Shown one piece after another: positions 28,251 to 38,064 of a stretch of 64,000 nucleotides of DNA. The notes beneath the pieces are model-generated. The model worked only from the letters and a program-made list of their open reading frames with translations, ran no database searches and was not told where the DNA came from. This DNA comes from Gammaproteobacteria bacterium (lineage in GTDB: Bacteria > Pseudomonadota > Gammaproteobacteria > Steroidobacterales > JBFFHS01): the NCBI GenBank assembly GCA_041556855.1, contig JBFFHS010000006.1, positions 819-64,818 of the forward strand, given 5' to 3'. Each line of letters begins with the position of its first letter. Positions within the stretch are counted from its first letter, which is position 1. The position numbers and the translations under genes were made by a program.

Positions 28251-29996
28251 GTGTTGAAGCGACTTGATTCTGAAGCCGTCGCCGTTTACCGGCGCCTGCT
28301 GGCGTACGTTCGGCCTCACCTGAAGATTATGCTCGGCGCCATTCTCGCCATGGTGGCCTATGCGGGGGTCGAGGCGTTATTTCCCCTGCTGATGAAAGAG
28401 GTGGTGGAAACTCTGCAGGATCGCGGCCGGGCGGGCGGCTCCTTTATTCCCATTGCTATCGTGGTGCTGTTTGTCGCCCGAGGTCTACTGGGTTTCGTGA
28501 CCACTTACGGTATGGGCTGGATGGGCCGCCGGGTGATTCAGGAACTGCGTCGGGACGTCTTCAACCATTTCCTGAAGCTTCCCAGCCGCTTCTATGATCA
28601 GAGCTCTTCAGGAGTGCTTTTATCCAAAATTACCTACAACACCGAACAGGTGGCCGAATCAATCTCCAACGTGGTGGTGGTGGTCATTCGGGACAGCTTT
28701 ACCATCATTGGTCTGGTAGTCGTCATGATCTACCTGAGCCCGCCCCTGACTCTTCTAATCTCCATCGCGGCGCCCACGATTGCTTTGTTGATTCACTATC
28801 TGAGTAAGGTATTCCGTCGTTACAGCACCCGGATCCAGAGGTCCATGGGCGACGTGACCCGGGTGACCGAAGAGATCATCGCCGGGCAGCGCATCGTCAA
28901 AGTGTTCACGGGTGAGCAGTACGAACGGGAGCATTTCGCGGCAGCGAATCATGACAACTTCCGTCTCAACATGCGCCTGGTTGCCGCCAAAGCTATCGGC
29001 GATGCGCTGACGGCATTTCTGGCGGCCGCGGGTATTGCCGCGGTAATTCTGGTCGCCTTCAGCGAGACGATGTTCCAATCCCTTTCCAGCGACGTCTTCA
29101 TAGCCTTCCTGACGGCCATGGCCATGTTGATGGCGCCCTTAAAAAGACTCACCAACGTCAACGTGGCTCTGCAGCGGGGGATTGCGGGCGGCGCCAGCCT
29201 GTTCGAGCTTCTGGATGAGGAGGTGGAGAAGGATACGGGTTCTCGTCGGATAGCGCGGGCCCGCGGGTCAGTGGTTTTTCAGGGCGTGAGCTTCAGCTAC
29301 GGCGATGACAAAGGCAGCGTGCTGCGGGACATTGATCTGGAGGTCGCTGTGGGTGAGACCATCGCGATCGTAGGACGCTCGGGCAGCGGCAAGAGTACCC
29401 TGGTCAGTCTGTTGCCGCGTTTCTATGATCCGACCGCGGGCCGGATTCTGCTGGACGATATCGATATTCGGGAATTTGGCTTGGCCGAACTGCGCCGGCA
29501 GATCAGTCTGGTCTCGCAGGAGATCGTGCTCTTCAACGACAGTATCGCCAACAACATCGCATATGGCGGTCTGCACGGCGCGTCTCGGAAGCGGATCGAG
29601 CAAGCGGCGCAGCGGGCTCACGTGATCGAGTTCGCCCGGGATCTGCCCGACGGCTTGGACGCCATGGTGGGTGAACGGGGTGTGTTGCTGTCCGGCGGCC
29701 AGCGGCAGCGGATCGCGATTGCCCGGGCCTTGCTGAAAGACTCGCCGATCCTGATTCTCGATGAGGCGACTTCGGCCCTGGATACGGAATCGGAGCGGCA
29801 TATCCAAACGGCGCTTGGTGAGCTCATGGCGGATCGCACCACGCTGGTGATTGCCCATCGGCTGTCCACCGTGGAGAGTGCCGATCGCATCGTGGTGCTG
29901 GATGACGGCGCCGTGGTGGAAACCGGTAATCACCGGGAACTGTTGGCCCGGGGAGGCCATTACCAGGCCCTGTATCAGATGCAGTTTGCCGATTGA
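28251..29996 (+). CDS. msbA: Lipid A export ABC transporter MsbA
   Basis: Full-length ABC exporter (581 aa); VGRSGSGKSTLVSLLPRFYDPTAG; LSGGQRQRIAIARALLKDSPILILDEATSALD; adjacent lpxK. Confidence 0.94.
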   Translation: MLKRLDSEAVAVYRRLLAYVRPHLKIMLGAILAMVAYAGVEALFPLLMKEVVETLQDRGRAGGSFIPIAIVVLFVARGLLGFVTTYGMGWMGRRVIQELRRDVFNHFLKLPSRFYDQSSSGVLLSKITYNTEQVAESISNVVVVVIRDSFTIIGLVVVMIYLSPPLTLLISIAAPTIALLIHYLSKVFRRYSTRIQRSMGDVTRVTEEIIAGQRIVKVFTGEQYEREHFAAANHDNFRLNMRLVAAKAIGDALTAFLAAAGIAAVILVAFSETMFQSLSSDVFIAFLTAMAMLMAPLKRLTNVNVALQRGIAGGASLFELLDEEVEKDTGSRRIARARGSVVFQGVSFSYGDDKGSVLRDIDLEVAVGETIAIVGRSGSGKSTLVSLLPRFYDPTAGRILLDDIDIREFGLAELRRQISLVSQEIVLFNDSIANNIAYGGLHGASRKRIEQAAQRAHVIEFARDLPDGLDAMVGERGVLLSGGQRQRIAIARALLKDSPILILDEATSALDTESERHIQTALGELMADRTTLVIAHRLSTVESADRIVVLDDGAVVETGNHRELLARGGHYQALYQMQFAD

Positions 29997-30005
29997 GCTG
30001 CGGCG

Positions 30006-31007
30006 GTGGATATCAACCAGCTCTGGTATGGCAACCACGCGCTGCGCTGGCTGCTGTGGCCCCTGAGCTGGCTGTATCGGGTGTTGATTGTTATCCGCGT
30101 TGCGCTGTACCGCTTCGGCGTGCTCCGCCGCGTGCGGCTGCCCGTTCCGGTTATCATCGTGGGCAATATCACGGTGGGTGGCAGCGGCAAGACGCCGGTA
30201 GTGCTGTGGCTGGTGGAGCAACTGCGCGCGGCCGGCTGGCAGCCTGGGATCATCAGTCGCGGTTACAAGGGTAGCGCCACCGCGTGGCCGCAGCAGGTGC
30301 GACCGGACAGCGATCCGGGTTGGGTCGGCGACGAGCCGGTGCTGCTGGCCCAGCGTGGCGGTTGTCCCGTGGCCGTGGGCCCGGATCGGGTCGCGGCGGC
30401 GCGCCTGATCCTGGATCAGTGCAACATACTGGTGGGCGATGATGGCCTGCAACATTATGCGCTGCAGCGGGACTTTGAGATTGCGGTCGTGGATGGTGAA
30501 CGCGGTCTCGGTAATGGTCTGTTGTTGCCGGCCGGGCCGCTGCGCGAGCCGCGGCAGCGTCTGGACCGGGTCGGCGCGGTGCTCATTAACGGCGGCCCAG
30601 TTTCGGTCCGGGGCAGCCGGGTCGTGCGCGGCCGCTTGCTGCCCGGAAATGCCTGCCAACTGGCAACCGGTGCGACCCGTCGGTTGGATGCGTTTCGGGG
30701 CACGACCGTGCATGCCGTAGCGGGCATCGGGCATCCGCAGCGGTTTTTCACCATGCTGGAGGGTCTGGGCCTGTCCGTCGCGCCCCACCCCCTTGCTGAC
30801 CATGCGAAGATAGCCGCCCATGACCTTGCGTTTGCCGATGATCTAACTGTGCTGATGACCGAAAAGGATGCCGTTAAGGCCCGGGCCCTGACCGTGTCAG
30901 ATCAGTGGTGGTACGTGGCGGTGGATTTCGTGCTCACGGAGGCTGACTCCAAGCAGGTGATGTACGCTATCGAAGCTGCGATAGGTCAGCCTCCCTTTCC
31001 GCGCTGA
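30006..31007 (+). CDS. lpxK: Tetraacyldisaccharide 4'-kinase
   Basis: VPVIIVGNITVGGSGKTPVVLWLVEQLRAAGWQPGIISRGYKG; DDGLQHYAL. Confidence 0.95.
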   Translation: MDINQLWYGNHALRWLLWPLSWLYRVLIVIRVALYRFGVLRRVRLPVPVIIVGNITVGGSGKTPVVLWLVEQLRAAGWQPGIISRGYKGSATAWPQQVRPDSDPGWVGDEPVLLAQRGGCPVAVGPDRVAAARLILDQCNILVGDDGLQHYALQRDFEIAVVDGERGLGNGLLLPAGPLREPRQRLDRVGAVLINGGPVSVRGSRVVRGRLLPGNACQLATGATRRLDAFRGTTVHAVAGIGHPQRFFTMLEGLGLSVAPHPLADHAKIAAHDLAFADDLTVLMTEKDAVKARALTVSDQWWYVAVDFVLTEADSKQVMYAIEAAIGQPPFPR

Positions 31008-31008
31008 T

Positions 31009-31779
31009 ATGACGGCGCCCTTCAAAGTAGTCATCCCGGCCCGCTACGCGTCTACCCGGTTGCCGGGCAAGCCGTTGGCCGATCTTGGTGGGCGACCCAT
31101 GATTGGCTGGGTGCACAATGCCGCTCTTGGCAGCGGGGCCGAGGAGGTGATCGTGGCCACTGATGATGAGCGGATCGCGGCCGCGTGTGAGGCATTCGGC
31201 GCTGAGGTCGTCATGACCCGCGGTGATCACGCCTCGGGTACGGATCGCGTCGCGGAAGTGGCTGAGCAGCGCGGCTGGGAGCCGGACACGATTGTGGTCA
31301 ATATCCAGGGTGACGAGCCGTTGTTGCCGCCGGCGTTGGTGCAGCAGGTGGCGGGGCTTCTCGCTGGAGCGCCGGAGGCGGAGATGGCCACCCTGGTGAC
31401 GCCTGTGGATACGGTGCAGGCGTGGTTGGATCCCCATATGGTCAACGTGGTTGCCGATCGTGCGGGGCGTGCCCTGTATTTTTCCCGCGCCCCCATTCCC
31501 TGGCCGCGGGATCAGCAGCCGGGCAGCGAAGGACAGTTCACGACGCCGCCGCCGGGTGCCCGACGGCATGTCGGCATATACGGCTACCGAGCTGCAGCGC
31601 TTTTCCGCTTGACCGCCGAGCCGCCCTGCGAACTGGAGCTTGTGGAACAGCTGGAGCAGCTGCGCGCGCTGTATCTGGGCTTCACGATTCTGGTGGCTGA
31701 CGCCTGTCGTGAGCCGCCCCGCGGCGTGGATACGGCTGAGGATTTGGAGCAGCTGCGCAGCATGGTGCGGGGGCTGTAA
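31009..31779 (+). CDS. kdsB: 3-deoxy-manno-octulosonate cytidylyltransferase
   Basis: FKVVIPARYASTRLPGKPLADLGGRPMIGWV, NIQGDEPLLPP. Confidence 0.96.
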   Translation: MTAPFKVVIPARYASTRLPGKPLADLGGRPMIGWVHNAALGSGAEEVIVATDDERIAAACEAFGAEVVMTRGDHASGTDRVAEVAEQRGWEPDTIVVNIQGDEPLLPPALVQQVAGLLAGAPEAEMATLVTPVDTVQAWLDPHMVNVVADRAGRALYFSRAPIPWPRDQQPGSEGQFTTPPPGARRHVGIYGYRAAALFRLTAEPPCELELVEQLEQLRALYLGFTILVADACREPPRGVDTAEDLEQLRSMVRGL

Positions 31780-31786
31780 GAGGGCT

Positions 31787-32914
31787 TTACCGCCGGTAGG
31801 GTGCCACCGCGCGCGCAGCGGTTGCGGCGAGCAGCTCGGACGCCCGGCGGATGGATTCAGCGCGATCCAGGCCAGGGCCGATGATCAGCGCGTCGGCAAG
31901 GCCAGCAGCCAGCGCATCTGTGGCGTCCGGCCCCAGCGCGCCCACCAGCGCGATCGTCGGGACATCCCGGCGGGCCGCGGCGTGAGCAACACCCAGGCAG
32001 GCCTTCCCGGACAGCGATTGCCCATCCAGGCAGCCCTCGCCGGTCAGACATAAGTCGGCGCCCCTGATCCGCCGGTCAAAATCAACGGCAGCCAGCACCA
32101 GCTCGATACCTGAGGCCAGCGTGGCGCCGGCAAAGGCCATCAGACCGGCGCCCAAGCCACCCGCGGCTCCGGCCCGCGGCGTATTTGCCGTAGCTATACC
32201 CAGATCCCGCTCCATGAGCTGCGCCAGATGAGCCAGCCCTGCTTCCAGGCGCTGCACGGCTGTTGGGGAGGCCCCCTTTTGCGCTGCGAATATGCGTGCC
32301 GCACCGTTAGATCCGAGCAGGGGGTTATCGACGTCGCAGGCCACTGTGATCTCAACATCAGCCAGCAGCGCCAGCCGGCCGCTGGCGTTGATATGGGCAA
32401 TGTCGGGCAGCGCGCCGCCGGTGAGCGGGGTCTTGATCTCCGCTCCATGGGCGTCGTGAAAGCGGATCCCCAGGGCCTGGGCCATGCCGGCGCCGCCATC
32501 GTTGGTGGCGCTGCCGCCCACGCAAAGGATCATGCGTGTTGCTCCGGCCGCGCAGGCTGCTGCCATCAACTGGCCAACCCCGAAGGTGGTCGTGCGCAAG
32601 GGGTCCCGTTGCTCGACCGGGACCAGAGTCAGGCCCGCCGCAGCAGCCATCTCGATGATGGCCGTGCCGTCATCAAGCAGTGCCCAGGATGCGTGCAGCG
32701 GCTCTCCCAGGGGGCCGGTCACCTGGCTGGTGTGTATCCGTCCGCCGAGCGCATCCAGCAGGGTGGCCGCGGTTCCCTCACCGCCGTCGCCGACGGGGCA
32801 CCGGTCCACAACGGCGTTCGGGCATGCCTGCATCACGCCCGCGGCCATGGCAGCGGCAGCCTCCGCTGCGCTCAAGCACTCTTTGAAACTGTCGGGAGCA
32901 CAAACGATTTTCAT
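31787..32914 (-). CDS. Glycerate kinase (GlxK/GarK family)
   Basis: MKIVCAPDSFKECLSAAEAAAAMAAGVMQ, PVGDGGEGTAATLLDALGG, GAGMAQALGIRF, LTGEGCLDGQSLSGKACLGVA. Confidence 0.92.
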   Translation of the reverse strand: MKIVCAPDSFKECLSAAEAAAAMAAGVMQACPNAVVDRCPVGDGGEGTAATLLDALGGRIHTSQVTGPLGEPLHASWALLDDGTAIIEMAAAAGLTLVPVEQRDPLRTTTFGVGQLMAAACAAGATRMILCVGGSATNDGGAGMAQALGIRFHDAHGAEIKTPLTGGALPDIAHINASGRLALLADVEITVACDVDNPLLGSNGAARIFAAQKGASPTAVQRLEAGLAHLAQLMERDLGIATANTPRAGAAGGLGAGLMAFAGATLASGIELVLAAVDFDRRIRGADLCLTGEGCLDGQSLSGKACLGVAHAAARRDVPTIALVGALGPDATDALAAGLADALIIGPGLDRAESIRRASELLAATAARAVAPYRR

Positions 32915-33089
32915 GAGTCTCGCCCAGTTCGGCGCTGGGCGAGACTATAGCAACCTGTGACTGCCGCGGGCGCAGGTATAATGGATGACTGATCACACAG
33001 GGTATTGGCTGGGGATGTCCGCCTGGTTAAATTCATTGCTGGCTCCCCTGTGGGGCCTATTTCGCCGCAAGTCCCGGAAGCAGGACGCC

Positions 33090-33614
33090 ATGTCAGCTGA
33101 TCCCCATTTCAACGTGCTGTTTGTCTGCATGGGCAACATCTGCCGATCGCCCACGGCAGAGGGCGTATTCCGCAAGGTGGTGACCGAGATGGCGCCAGAA
33201 CTCATCGTCCAAGTGGACTCGGCAGGAACCCACGCCTATCACACCGGCGAGCCGCCGGATCCGCGCGCCCAGCGGGCAGCGCTTCGGCGCGGCATAGACA
33301 TCAGCGAGCAGCGGGCCCGCAAAGTACGCGCCGAGGACTTCCATGTCTTTGATTACGTGCTGGCCATGGACGAACTGAATTACGAAGTGCTGGTGCAGCA
33401 GAGCCCGGGGGAGCTTGCCGATCGGGTGCGTCTATTTCTGGACTTTGCCCCTGCGCTGGGTCGGCGTGACGTCCCGGATCCCTATTATGGCGGTGCCGTC
33501 GGCTTTGAATACGTGCTGGATCTCGTCGAGGAGGCTGCCCGTGGACTCGCGAGCGAGTTGCTCACTAACGTGCCGTCCACGTCCGGAGGCAAGGACCGCG
33601 GCCCGGTTTCCTGA
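33090..33614 (+). CDS. Low-molecular-weight protein-tyrosine phosphatase (possible N-terminal extension to 32985)
   Basis: FNVLFVCMGNICRSPTAEGVFRKVV C(X)5RS loop; DYVLAMDE; DVPDPYYGG. Confidence 0.93.
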   Translation: MSADPHFNVLFVCMGNICRSPTAEGVFRKVVTEMAPELIVQVDSAGTHAYHTGEPPDPRAQRAALRRGIDISEQRARKVRAEDFHVFDYVLAMDELNYEVLVQQSPGELADRVRLFLDFAPALGRRDVPDPYYGGAVGFEYVLDLVEEAARGLASELLTNVPSTSGGKDRGPVS

Positions 33615-33629
33615 CCAGGCCGCGCAAAC

Positions 33630-36065
33630 TTATTCGGTTGATCCCCGACTGGCGTTCTCCGTCTGAGGTGGTGGAGCCTTCGCGGGTTCTGCCGCCGCGG
33701 CGACCGCTGGGGCCGGCTGCGGTTCGGACTTGGCCGCTGCCGTCGGCGGGGCCTTGTTTTCCTGTGGTGGTGCCGCGGGCTGCTTTGGCTCAGGCGTTGC
33801 CACACGCGGGGTAGCAGCGGGGCCAGCGGTGCTGGCCTTGTCGCTGGGGCCCGGCGCAGCCGCGGGTCGCTCGGAACCGTTGCCGGACGCGCTTGACGAC
33901 GCTGCCGGACGCGGCTTTGCCGGCGCCGGCGCGTCCCCCTGCTGCGGCGCGCTCTGGGCAGCGGCATCGGCCCGAGCCGTGTCCGTGGTCGGACCTTGGC
34001 CGGGCTCGGGCTGACTATCGGCCGCCTTCCCGCGAGCATCCTGGGCCTGGCCCCCGCGGCCGCCACGCCGTCGGCGTCCGCCCCGGCGGCCCCGTGAGGA
34101 ACGAGCCCCCTCGGTCGCCTGCTTACGCTGTTGGGCACCTTCCCGCTGGCCTTTCTGTGCCCCTTTCGGCTGCCCTTTCTGTCCTGATTGTTGTCCGCCT
34201 TTCGGCGCCTGTTTGGCGGCTGATTTCTGGTTGCCAGCACGCCCCTTACCATCGCTGCGACCGCGTTTGTCCGCGCTGCTGCGGCGTCGCTGTGGCTGCC
34301 CACCGCCTTTGCGGGCCTGGCTGCCGGGGCGCCGCCCGCGCTTTTTTGGACGTGCCGGTTCTGGCAACAGCCAGCCGAACAGGCGCCGAAACAGGCCAAC
34401 CTCGGCCGCCTCTTCCTGTGCCGGCTTGCGCGCCGGAGGCGGTGGCGCGGGCTGGCTCGGGACAAGCCCTTTGATCGCGGGTTGCTCTGTCACAGCCGCA
34501 CCGGTAGCGGCGCTGACGAATTGTTCACTCATGTCCGCGTCGGTCTCCACCATCTTGTAACTGGTGGCGGCATTTTCCGCGGCTCCCACTTCATCGTCGC
34601 GGACGCGCCTGATCATATAGTTGGGCGTTTCCAGTTGCGGGTTGGCCACCAGTACCACCTGCACGCCGTCCCGATCTTGAATGGCATTTACCCAGTCCCG
34701 TTTCTCGTTCAGCACGTAGTTGCAAACGTCGACAGGCAATTGGGTAATGACTTTGGCGGTACGCTCCTTGCGTGCCTCTTCACCCACCAGGCGTAGAATC
34801 GACAGAGCGAGGGATTCAACGCCCCGCACATGGCCGATTCCGTTACAGCGGGGGCACACTTCGTGAGTCGACTCGCCCAGCGACGGACGCAGCCGCTGCC
34901 GCGACAGTTCCAACAGTCCAAAACGGGAGATTCGGCCAATCTGTACGCGGGCCCGATCCTGGCGCACCGCTTCGCGGAGGCGGTTCTCCACCTCTCGCTG
35001 ATTGCGCTGGGGACCCATGTCGATGAAATCAATCACCACCAGGCCACCGAGATCGCGAATGCGCATCTGGCGGGCGATTTCGTCAGCTGCTTCCAGATTG
35101 GTATTAAGGGCCGTGTCCTCGATGTCGCCGCCCTTGGTGGCACGGGCTGAGTTGATATCGATGGCTGTCAGCGCTTCAGTGTGGTCGATAACAATGCTGC
35201 CACCCGACGGCAGGGTGACCGAGTGCTGGAATGCCGACTCGATCTGGCTCTCAATCTGAAAACGGGTAAATAGCGGAACCTTCTCATCTTCATAGAGCTT
35301 CAACTTGCGGAGATTGTGAGGCATCACGCGTTCCATAAAGTCGCGTGCCTCGCCGAATACGCCCGGATCATCGATCAGCACTTCGCCGATATCCTGGGAA
35401 AAGTAATCCCGCAGCGCCCGAACGATGGCGTTGCTTTCCTGATAGATCAGAAATGGCGAGGGCTTGGTCAGCACCACCTGTTTGATGGCCTCCCAAACGC
35501 TGAGCAGATAATCTGCATCCCAGCGGAGCTCTTCGGCGCTCCGGCCCACGCCCGCCGTTCGCACGATGCAGCCCATCCCTTCGGGCAGGTTAAGTTCCTC
35601 CAGCGAGCGTCGCACGATCTCCCGGTCCTCGCCCGTGATGCGGCGTGAGACACCGCCGGCGCGGGGGTTATTGGGCATCAGCACGATGAAACGGCCAGCA
35701 AGGCTCACGTAGGTGGTCAGCGCAGCACCCTTGGTACCCCGTTCCTCCTTCTCCACCTGCACGACGATGTCCTGACCCTCCCGCAGGACATCCTTGATGT
35801 TGGGTCGCTCCCCAGCGTCTGCGTCGCCGACGTAATACTCACTGGAAATTTCTTTCAACGGCAGGAAGCCGTGGCGTTCAGCCCCGTAGTCGACAAACGC
35901 TGCTTCCAGGCTGGGCTCGATCCGGGTGATCTTGCCCTTGTAGATATTGGCTTTACGTTGTTCCCGGGAGGGAACCTCGATGTCGAGATCGCAAAGCTTT
36001 TGGCCATCTACCATGGCCACACGCAACTCTTCTTCCTGAGTTGCATTGACCAGCATTCTTTTCAT
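33630..36065 (-). CDS. rne: Ribonuclease E
   Basis: [31 protein letters not shown]1 domain, [20 protein letters not shown] zinc-link; low-complexity basic/Pro-Ala C-terminal half. Confidence 0.96.
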   Translation of the reverse strand: MKRMLVNATQEEELRVAMVDGQKLCDLDIEVPSREQRKANIYKGKITRIEPSLEAAFVDYGAERHGFLPLKEISSEYYVGDADAGERPNIKDVLREGQDIVVQVEKEERGTKGAALTTYVSLAGRFIVLMPNNPRAGGVSRRITGEDREIVRRSLEELNLPEGMGCIVRTAGVGRSAEELRWDADYLLSVWEAIKQVVLTKPSPFLIYQESNAIVRALRDYFSQDIGEVLIDDPGVFGEARDFMERVMPHNLRKLKLYEDEKVPLFTRFQIESQIESAFQHSVTLPSGGSIVIDHTEALTAIDINSARATKGGDIEDTALNTNLEAADEIARQMRIRDLGGLVVIDFIDMGPQRNQREVENRLREAVRQDRARVQIGRISRFGLLELSRQRLRPSLGESTHEVCPRCNGIGHVRGVESLALSILRLVGEEARKERTAKVITQLPVDVCNYVLNEKRDWVNAIQDRDGVQVVLVANPQLETPNYMIRRVRDDEVGAAENAATSYKMVETDADMSEQFVSAATGAAVTEQPAIKGLVPSQPAPPPPARKPAQEEAAEVGLFRRLFGWLLPEPARPKKRGRRPGSQARKGGGQPQRRRSSADKRGRSDGKGRAGNQKSAAKQAPKGGQQSGQKGQPKGAQKGQREGAQQRKQATEGARSSRGRRGGRRRRGGRGGQAQDARGKAADSQPEPGQGPTTDTARADAAAQSAPQQGDAPAPAKPRPAASSSASGNGSERPAAAPGPSDKASTAGPAATPRVATPEPKQPAAPPQENKAPPTAAAKSEPQPAPAVAAAAEPAKAPPPQTENASRGSTE

Positions 36066-36397
36066 AGTCCCTTGATCCAGTCAAGGCCGTCTTTGTCCCG
36101 GATACGCTGACCCACAGCTGAGAACACGATGGGGCGCCGCTCCACGGCGGCGTGGCTGGGCGCTTGGTGCCCATTTTGCGTGGCTCAGTAGCTTGCCACA
36201 TGGCTGTTCCCATGACGTTCATGTTCATGCAGATCGGTGCGGACATCGGATCCCCGCTGTGGCTCAGCGGGGTTTCTCCGGGCTGTCTCAGACCAGCCGA
36301 ATTACTAAACACCCAAAAAAACGACTCTAGACGTGGAGTCGCTCGAGTAACCTGTAGGGCCTAGGCTTGCCAATTCAGGCTCTCGCCGTCAGGCCCG
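36066..36397 (-). promoter_or_regulatory. Predicted rne 5' leader (autoregulatory-type leader) with hairpins
   Basis: About 330 nt from predicted TSS to ATG; hairpins at 36252-36272 (CCCCGCTG/CAGCGGGG) and 36322-36341 (CGACTC/GAGTCG). Confidence 0.5.
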
Positions 36398-36403
36398 GTT
36401 GGT

Positions 36404-36432
36404 ACTATAACAACCGCTCAGCCGCCGCTCAA
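36404..36432 (-). promoter_or_regulatory. Predicted sigma70 promoter of rne
   Basis: Minus strand TTGAGC (36427-36432) - 17 nt - TATAGT (36404-36409). Confidence 0.55.
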
Positions 36433-37406
36433 TGAGGCCTATGGCCAGTAAACAGTCCCACCAGGCACCATCGACCCGGGTCAGCATGCTGGAGGTCGAC
36501 CCGGACTCTGAGGGGCAGCGTCTGGACAACTTCCTGCTCCGCCGACTGAAGGGTGTTCCGCGCAGCCATGTCTATCGTCTGATTCGCTCTGGGCAGGTTA
36601 GAGTCAACCGTGGTCGGGCCAAGCCCAGCCAACGCCTGGCGAGCGGCGACCAGGTTCGGGTGCCACCGGTGCGCCTGAGTCGTGCGTCCAACGCCGCCGT
36701 GGATGAGCAGTCAGTGGCCTGGTTGGAGAAGCGGATCCTCCACGAGGATCACAGGCTGATCGTCCTGGACAAGCCATCTGGTCTGGCCGTGCACGGCGGC
36801 AGTGGCATCAGTTTAGGTTTGATCGAAACCCTGCGAGCGGCCCGTCCGGATAGTCCCTACCTGGAACTTGCTCATCGGTTGGATCGCAGCACCAGCGGGA
36901 TTGTCCTGGTCGCAAAGAGGCGCAGCGCCCTGCGCGTGTTGCACGAGTTTCTCCGGGCAGATGCTATCGATAAGCACTATCTGGCGTTGGTGCGCGGTCC
37001 TTGGGACCGCGGTACTCAGCTGATCGAGACACCTCTGAAGACCACTCACCGCCGCGACGGGGAACGCTTTGTGGTGGTGCACCCGGAGGGCAGACTGGCC
37101 GTAAGCGAGTTCAAGCCGGTCGAGTTTTTTGGCGCCCAAGCCACGCTGATGGCCGTGCAGATTCGCACCGGCCGGACCCATCAGATTCGGGTGCAGGCTG
37201 CCGCCATGGAGCACCCTGTTGCCGGCGATGAGCGCTATGGCGACCCCCGCTTCAATCGAGCCATGAAGCGGCTTGGGCTGAAGCGTCTATTCCTGCACGC
37301 CCAGTCGGTAAGCTTTACCTGGCCAGGCAGCGAGCATGAGCAGACCTTCAGCGCGCCGTTGCCGGGTGAACTCACCGAAGTGCTGGCACGGCTGAGTTCA
37401 GGATGA
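36432..37406 (+). CDS. rluC: 23S rRNA pseudouridine synthase RluC
   Basis: GQRLDNFLLRRLKGVPRSHVYRLIRSGQVRVNRGR; ELAHRLDRSTSGIVLVAKR; divergent from rne. Confidence 0.94.
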   Translation: MRPMASKQSHQAPSTRVSMLEVDPDSEGQRLDNFLLRRLKGVPRSHVYRLIRSGQVRVNRGRAKPSQRLASGDQVRVPPVRLSRASNAAVDEQSVAWLEKRILHEDHRLIVLDKPSGLAVHGGSGISLGLIETLRAARPDSPYLELAHRLDRSTSGIVLVAKRRSALRVLHEFLRADAIDKHYLALVRGPWDRGTQLIETPLKTTHRRDGERFVVVHPEGRLAVSEFKPVEFFGAQATLMAVQIRTGRTHQIRVQAAAMEHPVAGDERYGDPRFNRAMKRLGLKRLFLHAQSVSFTWPGSEHEQTFSAPLPGELTEVLARLSSG

Positions 37407-37982
37407 CGATAACAGCGGATTGAGTCCCACCTCAGAAAGCGCCTGGCTGAGCCAGATCAGCGGCAGGCCGATCAGCGCGGTGGGATCGCTGCAGCTGATT
37501 TCTTCGAACAAGCTGATGCCCAGGCCTTCAACCTTGAAGGACCCGGCGCAGTCGTAGGGCTGTTCGGCGGCCAGGTAGCTGTCGATCTCGGCGTCGCTGA
37601 GTGGCCGGAAGCGCACCCGGGTCTGGTCCAGATGGTCGCGCCAGACGTCGCGGCGGGTATCCAGCAGGGCCACGGCGGTCAGGAAGCTGACTGACTGCCC
37701 GCGCACCTGGCGTAACTGACGCCGGGCACGGTCGTGGCTGCCCGGCTTACCCAGCACCCGATCACCCAGCACGGCCACTTGATCGGAACCCACCACAACA
37801 CTTGCCGGCCGGGCGACGGCCCGCGCCTTGGAACGTGCCAGGCGGCATGCCAGGTCACGCGGGCTTTCTTGATGCTGACGTTCCTCGTCCACATTCGCTG
37901 GCAAACAGGTGAACGGCAGTCGCAGGCGCGCTAACAGCGCCCGCCGATAAGGTGATCCAGAGGCCAGGATTAGGTCAGTCAT
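37398..37982 (-). CDS. Maf/YceF family nucleoside triphosphate pyrophosphatase
   Basis: LILASGSPYRRALLARLRLPFTCLPANVDE, VVGSDQVA. Confidence 0.92.
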   Translation of the reverse strand: MTDLILASGSPYRRALLARLRLPFTCLPANVDEERQHQESPRDLACRLARSKARAVARPASVVVGSDQVAVLGDRVLGKPGSHDRARRQLRQVRGQSVSFLTAVALLDTRRDVWRDHLDQTRVRFRPLSDAEIDSYLAAEQPYDCAGSFKVEGLGISLFEEISCSDPTALIGLPLIWLSQALSEVGLNPLLSSS

Positions 37983-38026
37983 TCAGTGAGGATCTTTTCA
38001 AAAACATAAGGTTAGCTGAGAACTCT

Positions 38027-38055
38027 TTGACAGCTCGGGTGCCCATGCCTATCAT
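38027..38055 (+). promoter_or_regulatory. Predicted sigma70 promoter of yceD-rpmF-plsX-fabH
   Basis: TTGACA (38027-38032) - 17 nt - TATCAT (38050-38055). Confidence 0.6.
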
Positions 38056-38064
38056 ACTTCGGTT

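Noticed and set aside
29268-30821. 517-aa minus-strand ORF across msbA and lpxK
   Set aside because: Antisense shadow of two well-conserved genes in high-GC DNA; composition Arg/Gln/Pro-rich with no recognisable domain.
33485-34465. 326-aa minus-strand ORF in an alternative frame of the rne C-terminal region
   Set aside because: Frame shadow of the repetitive basic and Pro/Ala-rich RNase E tail; sequence is low-complexity.
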